Counted from the stretch's first letter, positions 35,559-46,718 are shown. The stretch is DNA of 64,000 nt from SAR92 clade bacterium (GCA_042091915.1 JBELGO010000001.1:28824-92823); one strand, 5' to 3'. A program made the numbers and translations. Notes: a model not told the origin generated them from the letters alone.

Positions 35559-35936
35559 CTAAGCTCGCGCCTTCATCAACCGCCCAGCTATCAGGGCATT
35601 GACCGGTATCATCACGCTAAACATTCCAAACAGAGCAAACACTCTATCTGGCTTAAACAGACTCAAAACAACCGCAAATAGCGCCGCAGTGAGTATCAAT
35701 TTGCCGCTTTGCCCCCAGTACATCGCGCGGAGCATCTCATGGACTCTCGACGCACCGACAAACCGGTAAGCCTGGTAGTTAAACCAAGCTTGGGGAAGGC
35801 TTTGTACAAGCCCGCCCAACCATACAGCCACAAACCAATCACTTCCAAGTGGCAACAGAGTGAACGCTGTTACTGCTATCACCACCTGTTGGTAGAAGAA
35901 AATTTTTGCCAAGGGTGGTTTTTGTATTGTTGCCAT
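35559..35936 (-). CDS. atpI: ATP synthase protein I
   Basis: Four hydrophobic segments, MYWGQSGKL; first gene of the atp operon; ATG at 35936. Confidence 0.85.
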   Translation of the reverse strand: MATIQKPPLAKIFFYQQVVIAVTAFTLLPLGSDWFVAVWLGGLVQSLPQAWFNYQAYRFVGASRVHEMLRAMYWGQSGKLILTAALFAVVLSLFKPDRVFALFGMFSVMIPVNALIAGRLMKARA

Positions 35937-36082
35937 GCGATCACCTAAATTTTCTATCGCACCACACCTGGCCTCAGCGGGCGCAATTATAGGGAGTGTG
36001 ATCGGTAAACTCAACAGAGTGTAGACCTTTGTCGAAGCTAAATAGGAGCGATTATCACTATTCACCGGTGCTATACATATTT

Positions 36083-36982
36083 TTAACGGATATGCGCAAG
36101 AATACCGTCTAATTCATCTAGGCTTGCATAGCTCAACACCAACTTGCCGGCGCCGTTGCTGCGGTGCTGAAGTTGCACCGGGGCACCAATTTTTTCAGCC
36201 AACTCTCGCTCCAAATGGGCGATATCAGCATTTGGGCCTTTTCGGGTAGCTTTGTCGTCTTCACCTGCGAGCAGTTGCGCGACCAGAGACTCCGTCTGTC
36301 GTACAGTCAGAGCTTTTCCCGCGACCGTCCGCGCTGCGCCAAGCTGTTGTTCGACCGGCAGAGCCAACAGACACTTTCCGTGACCCAAATCGATATCGCC
36401 GCGCTCAAGTAGTGTCTGTACTTCGCTGTGTAACATCGACAATCGCATTAGGTTCGCTACTGCTGATCGCGATTTCCCCACCGCTTCTGCCACTTGCTGC
36501 TGAGTGAGTGCAAACTCTTCTTGAAGACGAATTAAAGCGCGCGACTCTTCAATCGCGTTTAAATTTTCGCGTTGTATATTTTCTATCAGTGCCATTGCTA
36601 TCGCCGCCTCATCTGAGACTTCGCGAACAATGGCCGGCACTGTATCCAGGCCCGCCTGAACGCTGGCGCGCCAGCGACGCTCACCGGCAATAATCTCATA
36701 GCGCTGATCATCAATGGCGCGCACTACGATAGGTTGCATAACGCCTTGGCTTTTAATCGACTCCGCCAGTTCGCTCAGCGCTTGAGGATCTAAGTCTCTT
36801 CGCGGCTGATATTTGCCGCGCTGAAGCAGATCGACAGGTAGCTGTCGCAACTGCCCGTCACTCGCCTGGCTATTTTGCGCTGGGCTAACTCCAGCACTGG
36901 TGTTGCTGTCGCTGGAGGCCTCCGCGCTGTAGCCGAGCAGAGCATCTAAGCCTTTACCTAAGCTTTTTCTTTTTCCTGACAT
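36083..36982 (-). CDS. parB: Chromosome partitioning protein ParB
   Basis: LGKGLDALL, GERRWRA, ENIQRENL, HTH; ATG at 36982 preferred over the upstream extension overlapping parA. Confidence 0.96.
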   Translation of the reverse strand: MSGKRKSLGKGLDALLGYSAEASSDSNTSAGVSPAQNSQASDGQLRQLPVDLLQRGKYQPRRDLDPQALSELAESIKSQGVMQPIVVRAIDDQRYEIIAGERRWRASVQAGLDTVPAIVREVSDEAAIAMALIENIQRENLNAIEESRALIRLQEEFALTQQQVAEAVGKSRSAVANLMRLSMLHSEVQTLLERGDIDLGHGKCLLALPVEQQLGAARTVAGKALTVRQTESLVAQLLAGEDDKATRKGPNADIAHLERELAEKIGAPVQLQHRSNGAGKLVLSYASLDELDGILAHIR

Positions 36983-37007
36983 AATTTTTCCTTGCCAATT
37001 TCTCTGT

Positions 37008-37787
37008 TTAGCCCTGATGACGTCTCTGTATTTCTTCTGCCAAGGCCATATAGGCGAGTGCACCTTTGGAGCTTTTATCGTATGCCAAACAAGGTAAGCC
37101 GTGGCTTGGTGCCTCTGCAAGTCGGACATTGCGCGGTATGGCGGTGCGATACACTTTTTCGCCAAAATATTTATACAACTGCTCTGATACTGCAGCGGTG
37201 AGACCGGCGCGCTGATCGTACATGGTGCGCAATATTCCCTCAATTTTAAGATCGGGGTTCAATTCGCGGCCTATTTGGCTGATGGTGCGAGAGAGATCTG
37301 TCAGCCCTTCCAGTGCAAAATACTCACACTGCATGGTTATCAAAACACTGTTTGCAGCCACTAAAGCGTTGACTGTAAGCAAGTTGAGTGAGGGCGGACA
37401 ATCGATAAGAATATAATCAAAATCAGCAGCGACAGCCTGCAACGCTTTGTTGAGTTGCTGCTGTCGCTCTTGATATTGAATCAGCTGTACATCTGCAGCG
37501 ACAAGATCGCCATTGGCCGGCAGAATGTGATACCCACCAGACTCACTCTGCACGCAGACCTGGGTAAAATCAGCACTGCCCAACAGCAAGTCAGCTATTG
37601 TGTAGTCACAACCATTTTTATCGATCCCAGACCCCATAGTGGCATTGCCTTGAGGGTCCATATCGACCAACAATACCTTGCAACCGATAGCAGCCAGTGA
37701 AGCCGAACTATTCACCGCCGTGGTAGTTTTACCCACCCCACCTTTTTGGTTGGCAATAGCGATCACTTTTGCAGTTTGGCTACTCAC
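37008..37787 (-). CDS. parA: Chromosome partitioning ATPase ParA/Soj
   Basis: NQKGGVGKTT, DPQGNAT, LAEAPSHG. Confidence 0.96.
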   Translation of the reverse strand: MSSQTAKVIAIANQKGGVGKTTTAVNSSASLAAIGCKVLLVDMDPQGNATMGSGIDKNGCDYTIADLLLGSADFTQVCVQSESGGYHILPANGDLVAADVQLIQYQERQQQLNKALQAVAADFDYILIDCPPSLNLLTVNALVAANSVLITMQCEYFALEGLTDLSRTISQIGRELNPDLKIEGILRTMYDQRAGLTAAVSEQLYKYFGEKVYRTAIPRNVRLAEAPSHGLPCLAYDKSSKGALAYMALAEEIQRRHQG

Positions 37788-37808
37788 ATCTATTTCCTTG
37801 CGTTCCGC

Positions 37809-38480
37809 TCAATCTATCTCTCGCTCTCGGCGAAGAATCAGTGCATAGCGCTGCTCTTGCTCTAAACCAGGTATTGCCAGTGGCACTGCTCTTGCCAAGC
37901 GCCACGCTTCCTTAGTGGGCAAGTTGGCGATAGCGGCTATTTCATCCTCGGGCAATTTGCCCTTCATTGCGACAATAGACCCACCCTCGGCCACCAAGCC
38001 CTCACAACTCACCAGCATAGCATCGAGTGAAGCAAAAGCACGACTGGTCACCCGATTGTAGAGTTTTTGGGGTGTGTGTTGCTCTATGCGGCAGTGGTGC
38101 TCGGTCACATTACTCAACCCCAGTTGCGTTTTTACATGGAACAAAAATCGAGTTTTTTTGCCATTGCTATCCAGTAGATGGTGCTCTCGATGCGCCGCCA
38201 TTATGGCTAAAACCATTCCGGGAAGGCCGGGGCCAGTACCCACATCCAACAACCGCTGACCATCGATCAATGGCAGTAGTGCCAGTGAATCGAGGAGATG
38301 GCGTGCGACCATCTGTTGAGGTTGAGTTATCGCAGTAAGATTGTACGCGCGATTCCAGCGCAACAGCTCCGCTGTGTAATCCAACAGCAATTTAGCCTGA
38401 GTATCACTGACCGGTACCCCCAGCGCGCTGGCACCTTGAAATAATTGGTCGTTTAACCTGTCGCGCTCAAACCCGGCCAC
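37809..38480 (-). CDS. rsmG: 16S rRNA m7G527 methyltransferase
   Basis: WNRAYNLTA, DVGTGPGLPG, SRAFA. Confidence 0.96.
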   Translation of the reverse strand: MAGFERDRLNDQLFQGASALGVPVSDTQAKLLLDYTAELLRWNRAYNLTAITQPQQMVARHLLDSLALLPLIDGQRLLDVGTGPGLPGMVLAIMAAHREHHLLDSNGKKTRFLFHVKTQLGLSNVTEHHCRIEQHTPQKLYNRVTSRAFASLDAMLVSCEGLVAEGGSIVAMKGKLPEDEIAAIANLPTKEAWRLARAVPLAIPGLEQEQRYALILRREREID

Positions 38481-38482
38481 AG

Positions 38483-40354
38483 TTATGCGGCACTGCGTTT
38501 TTTTAGCTGAATCAAAAGCAGCGAGATTGCCGCTGGTGTAACTCCAGGTATTCTCGCTGCTCGCGCCAATGTCTGGGGTTGTGTTTCAGTCAGTTTTTGT
38601 TTGAGCTCATTAGAGAGCCCAGAGATTGCTGAGTAATCAAAATCTACCGGAATAACCGTCTGCTCGTGGCGCTGCATACGGTCGATGTCGTCTTGCTGGC
38701 GATCGATATAACCCGCATATTTCGCCGATATTTCAATCTGCTCTGCAACAGCCGGATCCACATTCACAGCACCGGGCAGCTCAGCCAATATTGCATACGA
38801 CAACTCTGGCCGCTTGAGCAGTTCAAACAAGGAGTACTCACGCGACAATGGGTTTGCACAGTGCTTATTAATCTCAACGGCTACATCGCTGCCCGGTTGC
38901 GCGAAGGTGGTTTTAAGTCGCTGGCGCTCCACCTCTATTGATTCGCGCTTAGCGTTGAAAGCAACCCAGCGCTCCTCACTGACCAGTCCTAACTCACGGC
39001 CTTTCTCGGTAAGGCGCAGATCTGCATTATCTTCACGCAACAACAACCTGTATTCGGCGCGGCTAGTGAACATACGGTAGGGCTCAAGCGTACCCATAGA
39101 GATTAAATCATCGACTAAAACACCGATGTAGGCCTCATCTCTGCGCGGACACCAAGGCTCTTCGCCGCGCAGCTTTAACACGGCATTACAACCCGCCAAT
39201 AACCCTTGCGCTGCGGCCTCTTCATAACCGGTTGTACCATTGATCTGCCCAGCAAAAAATAGGTTTTCAACAAAGCGGCTTTCCAGCGAGTAATTGAGAT
39301 CTTGGGGATTGAAATAATCGTATTCAATCGCATAGCCTGGACGGGTTATGTGGGCATTTTCGAAGCCGACAATGGAGCGAACCAGATTGATCTGCACATC
39401 AAACGGCAGGCTGGTGGAGATGCCGTTGGGGTAGAGCTCGTGTGTAGTTAACCCCTCTGGCTCAACAAATATTTGATGGCTAGTTTTTTCTGCGAAACGG
39501 ACCACTTTATCTTCAATAGAGGGGCAATAGCGCGGCCCAACGCCATCAATAACTCCCGTATAAAGTGGCGATCGATCCATCCCACCCTGAATAATGTCGT
39601 GGGTATTGGCGTTTGTGTGGGTTATGTAGCAGCTGATCTGTTGAGGGTGTTGCGCCACCGATCCCATATACGACATCACGGGGAGGGGTGTATCTCCCTT
39701 TTGTTCACTCATTTTGGTGAAATCTACTGAGCGCGCATCAATGCGTGGCGGCGTCCCGGTTTTAAGCCTATCCACTCGCAGGGGTAACTCGCGCAGTTGA
39801 GCAGCCAACGAGTTTGACGGTGCATCACCGGCGCGCCCAGCTGCGTAATTCTCAAGTCCCACATGGACTTTGCCCGCCAAAAAAGTCCCGGCGGTCAATA
39901 CAACCGTCTGCGCTTTAAAGGTCACACCCATCTGGGTAATTACGCCTTCGACGCGATTGCCTGACAGAAATAAGTCGTCGACGGCTTGCTGAAAAATCTG
40001 CAAATTAGCTTGGTTTTCCAATATCTCGCGAATGGCGGCCTTGTAGAGAATTCGGTCTGCCTGGGCGCGGGTAGCTCTTACCGCGGGGCCTTTGCGAGAG
40101 TTGAGAATACGAAATTGTATGCCGGCGAGATCCGTTGCCAGAGCCATAGCACCACCCAGAGCATCGATCTCTTTGACCAGGTGGCTCTTGCCAATACCAC
40201 CGATTGCTGGGTTGCAAGACATTTGACCCAGGGTTTCTATGTTGTGTGTCAACAGCAGCGTTTTTGCGCCCATACGGGCTGCCGCGAGAGCAGCCTCGGT
40301 ACCGGCATGACCGCCTCCAACAACGATCACATCAAATTCTGTAGGGTAATGCAT
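38483..40354 (-). CDS. mnmG: tRNA modification enzyme MnmG/GidA
   Basis: [29 protein letters not shown]; ATG at 40354 with GAGGTG RBS. Confidence 0.98.
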   Translation of the reverse strand: MHYPTEFDVIVVGGGHAGTEAALAAARMGAKTLLLTHNIETLGQMSCNPAIGGIGKSHLVKEIDALGGAMALATDLAGIQFRILNSRKGPAVRATRAQADRILYKAAIREILENQANLQIFQQAVDDLFLSGNRVEGVITQMGVTFKAQTVVLTAGTFLAGKVHVGLENYAAGRAGDAPSNSLAAQLRELPLRVDRLKTGTPPRIDARSVDFTKMSEQKGDTPLPVMSYMGSVAQHPQQISCYITHTNANTHDIIQGGMDRSPLYTGVIDGVGPRYCPSIEDKVVRFAEKTSHQIFVEPEGLTTHELYPNGISTSLPFDVQINLVRSIVGFENAHITRPGYAIEYDYFNPQDLNYSLESRFVENLFFAGQINGTTGYEEAAAQGLLAGCNAVLKLRGEEPWCPRRDEAYIGVLVDDLISMGTLEPYRMFTSRAEYRLLLREDNADLRLTEKGRELGLVSEERWVAFNAKRESIEVERQRLKTTFAQPGSDVAVEINKHCANPLSREYSLFELLKRPELSYAILAELPGAVNVDPAVAEQIEISAKYAGYIDRQQDDIDRMQRHEQTVIPVDFDYSAISGLSNELKQKLTETQPQTLARAARIPGVTPAAISLLLIQLKKRSAA

Positions 40355-40439
40355 GTACACCTCGATGGGCGAGCTGCTGGACATACAGCTCGCGAGCCGC
40401 GCATTATAGGCCAACTTGGCTACTATTTAACCACTTTGT

Positions 40440-40820
40440 TTTAGCTTGCTTGCTCCCTTGTTTAATTAATAAACCTACTTAATATCATCTATATATTTGG
40501 TAGGGTGAGTTATAGTCTTATTGTTATTAGGGTCCGCAAATAATGTGTGTAATTTAATATTTACCTTTAAATACAACCACTTAAGATGATTTTCAAGCGG
40601 TATTACCGATGTTTTCGCAACGCTAACTGAACGGGATAAACTGTGATGAAGCGGTATAAGTCACGGGGTTTAGAGTAACTCGAGGGAAAACAGCGCAGGT
40701 TTTGTGGACCAAATTTTTTTTCATCAACTCGATATAAACAGCTTGTCCTATTCCCGGCTGTTAAAATCCCTTGGTGTGGATAAAGCTGTGCACAGTTGTG
40801 GGTAAGTTTTGTGGATTGCA
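40440..40820. other. Candidate oriC (mnmG-adjacent): AT-rich unwinding region, IHF-like site, DnaA boxes
   Basis: AT-rich tract ~40460-40590 with TTATTAGG followed by TGTGTGTAA; IHF-like ATACAACCACTTA at 40571; TGTGGATAA 40775-40783, TGTGGGTAA 40797-40805, degenerate boxes at 40703, 40787, 40810. Confidence 0.65.
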
Positions 40821-40954
40821 GATAAACGCACCAATTTTCTAGCTTCGAGTGAATTTTGCTTGCGCTGCGTGGGCGCTTTCATTAGAATCGCCGCCCCGCA
40901 GCCATTTTGCTAGGTTGCAGTACTAAATAGACCCCATTTAAGTGGACAGTTATC

Positions 40955-41089
40955 ATGAAAAGAACATTTCAGCCCAGCGTCATCAAGCGCAAGCGCACCC
41001 ACGGTTTCCGCGCCCGTATGGCTACCAAAAATGGACGCGCTGTACTCTCTCGTCGCCGTGCCAAAGGCCGCAAGCGTTTAGCTGCGTAA
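40955..41089 (+). CDS. rpmH: 50S ribosomal protein L34 (below ORF-track cutoff)
   Basis: [44 protein letters not shown]. Confidence 0.99.
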   Translation: MKRTFQPSVIKRKRTHGFRARMATKNGRAVLSRRRAKGRKRLAA

Positions 41090-41145
41090 TCAACCTCTAG
41101 CGAGGTCGCTGTGTGTCTATACGCCCACAGCTCAGAGGTTTGAGA

Positions 41146-41508
41146 GTGACTTTTAACCGCTACCAGCGGTTACTTAAACCAGCAGAATTCAAAGCAGTGT
41201 TTGACCGCAATAAAGTACGTGCGGGCAACGCTGCTTTTTTGTTGTTAGTGTTACCCAATCAGCTAGATCACTCTAGGTTGGGTCTAGTGGTTGGCAAGAA
41301 GGCACTTAAAAGCGCCGTCGACAGAAATAGAGTGAAACGGATTGTGCGAGATCGGTTTCGTCACTTTTGCTTTGCAACACCCGTCGATGTTATTTTTCTC
41401 GCCCGCCCCGGCATTGCCGATAAAGACAAAGAATCGTGGTCGCGGCGCATTCCCTCAGAGTTTGACAATATTAATCGGCAACTTACCAAGCTGGAAGGTG
41501 CGGGGTGA
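41146..41508 (+). CDS. rnpA: Ribonuclease P protein component (start could be 41113)
   Basis: RLGLVVGKK, AVDRNRVKR (RNR motif). Confidence 0.95.
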   Translation: MTFNRYQRLLKPAEFKAVFDRNKVRAGNAAFLLLVLPNQLDHSRLGLVVGKKALKSAVDRNRVKRIVRDRFRHFCFATPVDVIFLARPGIADKDKESWSRRIPSEFDNINRQLTKLEGAG

Positions 41509-41819
41509 AGTTATCTGATCTGCCCAAGGCTTCGGCAATCAAGCTAATTAGAGGCTACCAGTTAGCGGTAAGCCCTTGGCTGGGTAACAACTGCAGATTC
41601 TCTCCGAGCTGCTCTCACTATGCGGTCGAAGCAGTTCAGTTACATGGTCTACTAAAGGGGGGTTACCTTAGTTGTCGGAGAATTATAAAATGCCACCCCT
41701 TTCACCCTGGTGGTGTTGATCTGGTGCCACCATTGAAGGATGGTGCAGTCAGCGATCGAGGACAAAAACAACCGAGCACTTCACAGTGCGAGGCAGCTCA
41801 CCCTACAAAAGAGTCTTAA
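41505..41819 (+). CDS. yidD: Membrane protein insertion efficiency factor
   Basis: CRFSPSCSHYA, KCHPFHPGGVD. Confidence 0.93.
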   Translation: MKLSDLPKASAIKLIRGYQLAVSPWLGNNCRFSPSCSHYAVEAVQLHGLLKGGYLSCRRIIKCHPFHPGGVDLVPPLKDGAVSDRGQKQPSTSQCEAAHPTKES

Positions 41820-41821
41820 TA

Positions 41822-43492
41822 ATGGATTGGCAACGAAACGGTTTATTGGCAGGAATGTTGGTCGTCACTCTGCTTCTTTTTAATCAGTGGTTAGATTTTT
41901 CTGAGCAGCGTGAACCCGCATTGGTCGAACAACAACTGCTGGTACCCGGCCAAACAACATCGCCTGAAAGTCTATCAATCGCCCCGTCAAGTCAGTTAAC
42001 TACCGGTAATGATCTTCCTGTTGTGGATTCGATTCCCGCAATGCAGGAATTGACCGATTGGAGCAATACTCGTTTAGTTAATGTTGAAAGCAAACTCTAC
42101 AGTGCGGTGATAGATACACACGGTGGTGATATTGTTCAGATACAGCTAAAACAACACCTGACCAAACCTGCCTCTAAAGGTGGCCAGCCATTTACTCTAC
42201 TGACGCGTACAGAAAATAACACTTATATTGCCAAGAGCGGTCTGGTGGGACGCAATGCCACCGATACCCGCGAGGGAAGACCACAATTTATCGTTGCCCG
42301 AGATTCGGTGGATGTGACTTCAGGGGTTGAGCAACTCGACCTGGTGACGCGTCAACAAGGCGTTGTGCTGACAAAGCGTTTCACCTTCAGTCCCGATAGT
42401 TATCAGATAGGCGTTGAATACCTCATTGAAAACCTCACCCAAGCACCTTGGAGTGCGGTCTTCTACGGGCAGATTAACCGCGATTCACATAAACCGCTGG
42501 TCAATGCTACTGGCGTGCAGCCCTATTTGGGTGCAGCTCTGCGCACAGCGGAAAAAAATTATCGCAAAGTCAGTTTTGGCGATATGTCCGACGAGAAGCT
42601 TGAAGAGAGTATCCAGGGTGGCTGGGTGGCTATGCTGCAGCATTATTTTATCGGTGCTTGGGTCCCCGATCAGAATGCTACCAACCACTTCTCTTTGCGC
42701 AAAGTAGCCGGACAAGATCTCTACGTAATGGGCTACACCAGTGACCCTATAGAAGTTGCTGCGGGTCAATCAGGTAGTTACAAAACTTCTTTTTACGCAG
42801 GCCCTAAAGATCAGGACTCGCTCGCAGAGTTAGCAGAATATCTCGATCTCACCATTGATTACGGTTTCCTGTGGATGTTGGCAAAACCCATTTTTACCCT
42901 GATGCAGTGGATTCATGACCTGGTCGGCAATTGGGGTTGGTCGATTATTTTGCTCACAGTAGTAATAAAACTTGTGCTTTATCCGCTCTCTGCAGCCAGC
43001 CTTAAATCAATGGCCAAGATGCGTAAGTTGCAGCCTGAAATGGCTCGCCTCAAAGAGCTTTACGGTGACGACAGGCAGAAGATGTCTGGTGAACTCATGG
43101 GCTTGTATAAAAAGCACAAGGTTAATCCTGCCGGTGGTTGCCTGCCGGTGCTATTGCAGATGCCGGTATTTATCTCCCTTTACTGGGTTCTACTGGAAAG
43201 CGTTGAGATACGCCACTCTTCGTTCATTTTCTGGTTGACCGATCTCAGTGCCAAAGATCCCTATTTCGTTTTGCCGCTAATTATGGGCGCTAGTATGTTC
43301 TTTATGCAGCGGCTACAACCCATGCCGCCCGATCCCATGCAGGCGAAAATTATGCAGATCATGCCGATCGCATTCACCTTCTTCTTTATGTTGTTCCCGG
43401 CGGGTTTGGTTCTTTACTGGACCACCAACAACTTGCTATCTATGGCCCAGCAGCTCTTTGTCAACCGTCAAATAGAGAGCGGTAAAGGCTAG
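41822..43492 (+). CDS. yidC: Membrane protein insertase
   Basis: GNWGWSII, GGCLPVLLQMP, GLVLYW. Confidence 0.97.
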   Translation: MDWQRNGLLAGMLVVTLLLFNQWLDFSEQREPALVEQQLLVPGQTTSPESLSIAPSSQLTTGNDLPVVDSIPAMQELTDWSNTRLVNVESKLYSAVIDTHGGDIVQIQLKQHLTKPASKGGQPFTLLTRTENNTYIAKSGLVGRNATDTREGRPQFIVARDSVDVTSGVEQLDLVTRQQGVVLTKRFTFSPDSYQIGVEYLIENLTQAPWSAVFYGQINRDSHKPLVNATGVQPYLGAALRTAEKNYRKVSFGDMSDEKLEESIQGGWVAMLQHYFIGAWVPDQNATNHFSLRKVAGQDLYVMGYTSDPIEVAAGQSGSYKTSFYAGPKDQDSLAELAEYLDLTIDYGFLWMLAKPIFTLMQWIHDLVGNWGWSIILLTVVIKLVLYPLSAASLKSMAKMRKLQPEMARLKELYGDDRQKMSGELMGLYKKHKVNPAGGCLPVLLQMPVFISLYWVLLESVEIRHSSFIFWLTDLSAKDPYFVLPLIMGASMFFMQRLQPMPPDPMQAKIMQIMPIAFTFFFMLFPAGLVLYWTTNNLLSMAQQLFVNRQIESGKG

Positions 43493-43496
43493 CCTG

Positions 43497-44873
43497 TTGC
43501 TCGCTAATCAGCGCGACACCATAGCCGCTGTTGCTACACCACCCGGGCGAGGTGGTGTTGGCATTGTGCGGCTTTCTGGGCCGCAATCGCTAGCTATTGG
43601 CGAGCAGGTTTGCGGGATCAGTCTCAAACCACGCCACGCCCATTTCAGTGAGTTCAGAGATGCCCACGGCCTAGTGATAGACCAAGGTGTGGCCCTCTCT
43701 TTTGTCGGACCACACTCATTTACCGGCGAAGATGTAGTTGAGTTACAAGGGCATGGAGGCCCTGTTATTCTAGATTTGCTGCTTGCCCGGCTGCTTGAGT
43801 TGGGTGCTCGCCAAGCCCGTCCTGGCGAATTTAGTGAGCGTGCCTTCCTCAACGATAAACTCGATCTCACCCAGGCAGAAGCTATCGCGGATCTGATTGA
43901 CGCCAGCAGCCAATCGGCAGCTCGTTCAGCCTTGCGTTCACTGCAAGGAGATTTCTCCAGAGAAGTCGAAGGTTTACTTCTCGACATGACCCGCCTGCGC
44001 GTCTATGTGGAAGCTGCCATAGACTTCCCGGAAGAGGAGATCGACTTTCTTGCCGATACTGCGCTGCACAGCAAGATCGAATCGCTGATATTGAGTTTAA
44101 AAACGACACTGGCCGGCGCTCGCGAAGGCGCTCTGTTGCGCGACGGCATAAAGGTGGTGTTAGCTGGGCGACCCAACGCGGGTAAGTCGAGTCTGCTCAA
44201 CTGTCTAGCGGGGCGTGACACAGCTATTGTTACCGATCAAGCCGGAACGACCCGAGATATTTTGCGCGAACAACTGGTGCTCGATGGACTCCCTATAGAG
44301 ATAGTCGATACTGCGGGGCTTCGTGAGAGTACCGATGTTGTCGAGCAGGAAGGCATTAAGCGCGCTCGCAGTGAGATCGATTCTGCCGATCTATGTATTT
44401 TGTTGCTCGACGATGAGAAACTGCACAAAGCACTGCAGCCACCTGAATTAAGCGCACTTTTATCCGAGCTTCTCGGCAGCGATGGGCTGCGTGAACGCAC
44501 AGTGGTGGCGTTAAATAAAATAGATCTCTACCAGAGCCAAGCAGGGCGGTTGACTGCCGATTATCCGTTTTATGCTGTCTCAGCATCTTCGGGTGCAGGT
44601 ATAACTGAACTGGTAGATGAGATCAAAACCCTGGCAGGGTTTAGTGGCCACGAGGGCGGCGGCTTTTCAGCGCGGCGCAGACACACAGATGCCCTACAGC
44701 GCGCCTTGCAACTCGTAGAACACGGCTATCAACACCTTTTGGCAACATCTGCGGGGGAACTGCTCGCCGAAGATCTCAGGTTTGCACAGCAAGCGTTAGG
44801 TGAGATAACTGGGGCAATGAGTAGTGACGATCTGCTGGGTGAAATTTTCTCATCCTTCTGCATTGGCAAATGA
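43497..44873 (+). CDS. mnmE: tRNA modification GTPase MnmE/TrmE
   Basis: DTIAAVAT, GRPNAGKS, DTAG, FCIGK terminus. Confidence 0.98.
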   Translation: MLANQRDTIAAVATPPGRGGVGIVRLSGPQSLAIGEQVCGISLKPRHAHFSEFRDAHGLVIDQGVALSFVGPHSFTGEDVVELQGHGGPVILDLLLARLLELGARQARPGEFSERAFLNDKLDLTQAEAIADLIDASSQSAARSALRSLQGDFSREVEGLLLDMTRLRVYVEAAIDFPEEEIDFLADTALHSKIESLILSLKTTLAGAREGALLRDGIKVVLAGRPNAGKSSLLNCLAGRDTAIVTDQAGTTRDILREQLVLDGLPIEIVDTAGLRESTDVVEQEGIKRARSEIDSADLCILLLDDEKLHKALQPPELSALLSELLGSDGLRERTVVALNKIDLYQSQAGRLTADYPFYAVSASSGAGITELVDEIKTLAGFSGHEGGGFSARRRHTDALQRALQLVEHGYQHLLATSAGELLAEDLRFAQQALGEITGAMSSDDLLGEIFSSFCIGK

Positions 44874-44989
44874 CCGTCGGCTCTTTTGACCTAAATAGTC
44901 ACTTTAGTCATATTATTTCACCCCAACGCGGCGCTTCACTGTGCGCCCTGTTCAATAAAAGCGTTTTTTTCCAAAATCACACGAAGTCC

Positions 44990-45175
44990 GCATGGTTATA
45001 AACAAACTTATACACAGTTTTGGTTATTATTTGACCATTGTATTGGTTTTTTTTGTGGACATCTTTCTCGGGTTGATTTTTTAACTGATTGTTTTTTATA
45101 GTTATAATTAAAAAAGGGGGAAATTCTTTGGCGCCCAGCCATGTGGATAACCCAATAATTTACGGTTAGAATGGT
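44990..45175. promoter_or_regulatory. DnaA-box cluster upstream of dnaA (autoregulatory and/or second origin element)
   Basis: TTATAAACA 44996, TTATACACA 45008, TGTGGACAT 45054, TGTGGATAA 45142; IHF-like TAACTGATTGTTT 45082; TAGAAT -10-like hexamer near 45167. Confidence 0.7.
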
Positions 45176-45249
45176 CGCCCAATAAAAATCCGCCAAACAC
45201 CGTGGGAAAACAGTGTTTAGTGCAATAATATAAAGATTGAGAGGGATCC

Positions 45250-46716
45250 TTGTTCGAATCTATCTGGCAGCAATGCCAACAGCGATTGCAGCTTGAGTTG
45301 CCGCCCCAGCAGTACACTACTTGGATTAAGCCGCTTTCCGTTAACGGGGCGGGCAATGTCCTCTCATTGCGTGCTCCCAACCGCTTTATTCAGGAGTGGG
45401 TTGAAAACAAGTACCGCGAGCGAATACAAGAGTTGGTGGTTGCCTTGGGCTACGCCGACACCTCTGTCGAGGTAGCTTCGCAAACAGAAGTAGGGCGCAG
45501 CCCCCTAGGCGCACAAGCAATGCCTACCACTCCTGCGCATGCCACGCAGTCCGAGTTATCTGAAGAGAGTATTACACCCGCTATTGATCTCCATCGCGGT
45601 GAGACACCCATCACAGCGAGTCATGTTATAGAGACACCAGCGCAGCCGCGCATAGAGGCCCCAGCCATCATTACCTCGGCGGCTGAGCGCAGTATGCGTA
45701 GCAACTTAATGGAAAATTATACTTTTGACAGTTTTGTTGAGGGTAAATCCAATCAGTTGGCTTTTGCTGCAGCCCAGCAAGTGGCGGAGAACCCCGGTGG
45801 ATCCTACAACCCCCTGTTTATTTATGGCGGGGTAGGCTTGGGTAAAACCCACCTCATGCACGCAGTAGGTAACGCTTTGCGTCTGCGCAAGCCCAACGCC
45901 AAGATTGTCTACTTGCACTCCGAGCGGTTTGTCGCCGATATGGTGAAGGCGTTGCAGTTAAAGGCCATCGACGAGTTTAAGCGTTTTTACCGCTCCGTGG
46001 ATGCACTGCTGATTGATGATATTCAATTTTTTGCTGGAAAAGATCGCTCTCAGGAGGAGTTTTTTCACACTTATAACGCCTTGCTCGAGGGTGGCCAACA
46101 GATGATCCTCACTAGCGATCGCTACCCTAAAGAGATAGAAGGGGTTGAGGAGCGCTTAAAATCACGCTTTGGCTGGGGTCTAACGGTGGCTGTCGAACCA
46201 CCCGAACTCGAGACACGGGTGGCGATTTTAATGAACAAAGCGGAGCAGGGCGGTATGGCTTTGTCGCGCGACGCAGCCTTCTTTATTGCCCAGCGTATTC
46301 GCTCTAATGTTCGCGAGCTTGAGGGTGCGCTCAAGCGGGTGATGGCGCATGCCCAGTTTACCCGTCGCGCTATCGATATAGATCTAATCCGCGAGTCTTT
46401 AAAAGACTTGTTGGCACTCCAAGATAAGCTGGTTACCATAGACAACATTCAGAAAGTAGTGGCTGACTACTACCAGATGAAGTTGTCCGATCTGCTCTCA
46501 AAGCGTCGCACTCGCTCGGTGGCAAGACCCCGGCAAGTGGCGATGGCTCTGGCCAAGGAGTTGACCTCACACAGTTTGCCAGAAATTGGCGAGGGTTTTG
46601 GTGGTCGCGATCACACAACGGTACTGCATGCATGCCGAAAAATTAAAGAGTTGGAGGCGGCGGACCGGGAGTTGGCTCGCGATCTAAAAAACCTTTATAG
46701 AACGCTCTCAACATAA
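45250..46716 (+). CDS. dnaA: Chromosomal replication initiator
   Basis: [24 protein letters not shown]; TTG start. Confidence 0.99.
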   Translation: MFESIWQQCQQRLQLELPPQQYTTWIKPLSVNGAGNVLSLRAPNRFIQEWVENKYRERIQELVVALGYADTSVEVASQTEVGRSPLGAQAMPTTPAHATQSELSEESITPAIDLHRGETPITASHVIETPAQPRIEAPAIITSAAERSMRSNLMENYTFDSFVEGKSNQLAFAAAQQVAENPGGSYNPLFIYGGVGLGKTHLMHAVGNALRLRKPNAKIVYLHSERFVADMVKALQLKAIDEFKRFYRSVDALLIDDIQFFAGKDRSQEEFFHTYNALLEGGQQMILTSDRYPKEIEGVEERLKSRFGWGLTVAVEPPELETRVAILMNKAEQGGMALSRDAAFFIAQRIRSNVRELEGALKRVMAHAQFTRRAIDIDLIRESLKDLLALQDKLVTIDNIQKVVADYYQMKLSDLLSKRRTRSVARPRQVAMALAKELTSHSLPEIGEGFGGRDHTTVLHACRKIKELEAADRELARDLKNLYRTLST

Positions 46717-46718
46717 AT

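Noticed and set aside
36983-37243. Long N-terminal extension of ParB in the ORF track (similarly for tsaC, atpI, mnmG, yidC)
   Set aside because: Overlaps neighbouring genes or promoters; conserved N-termini begin at downstream starts
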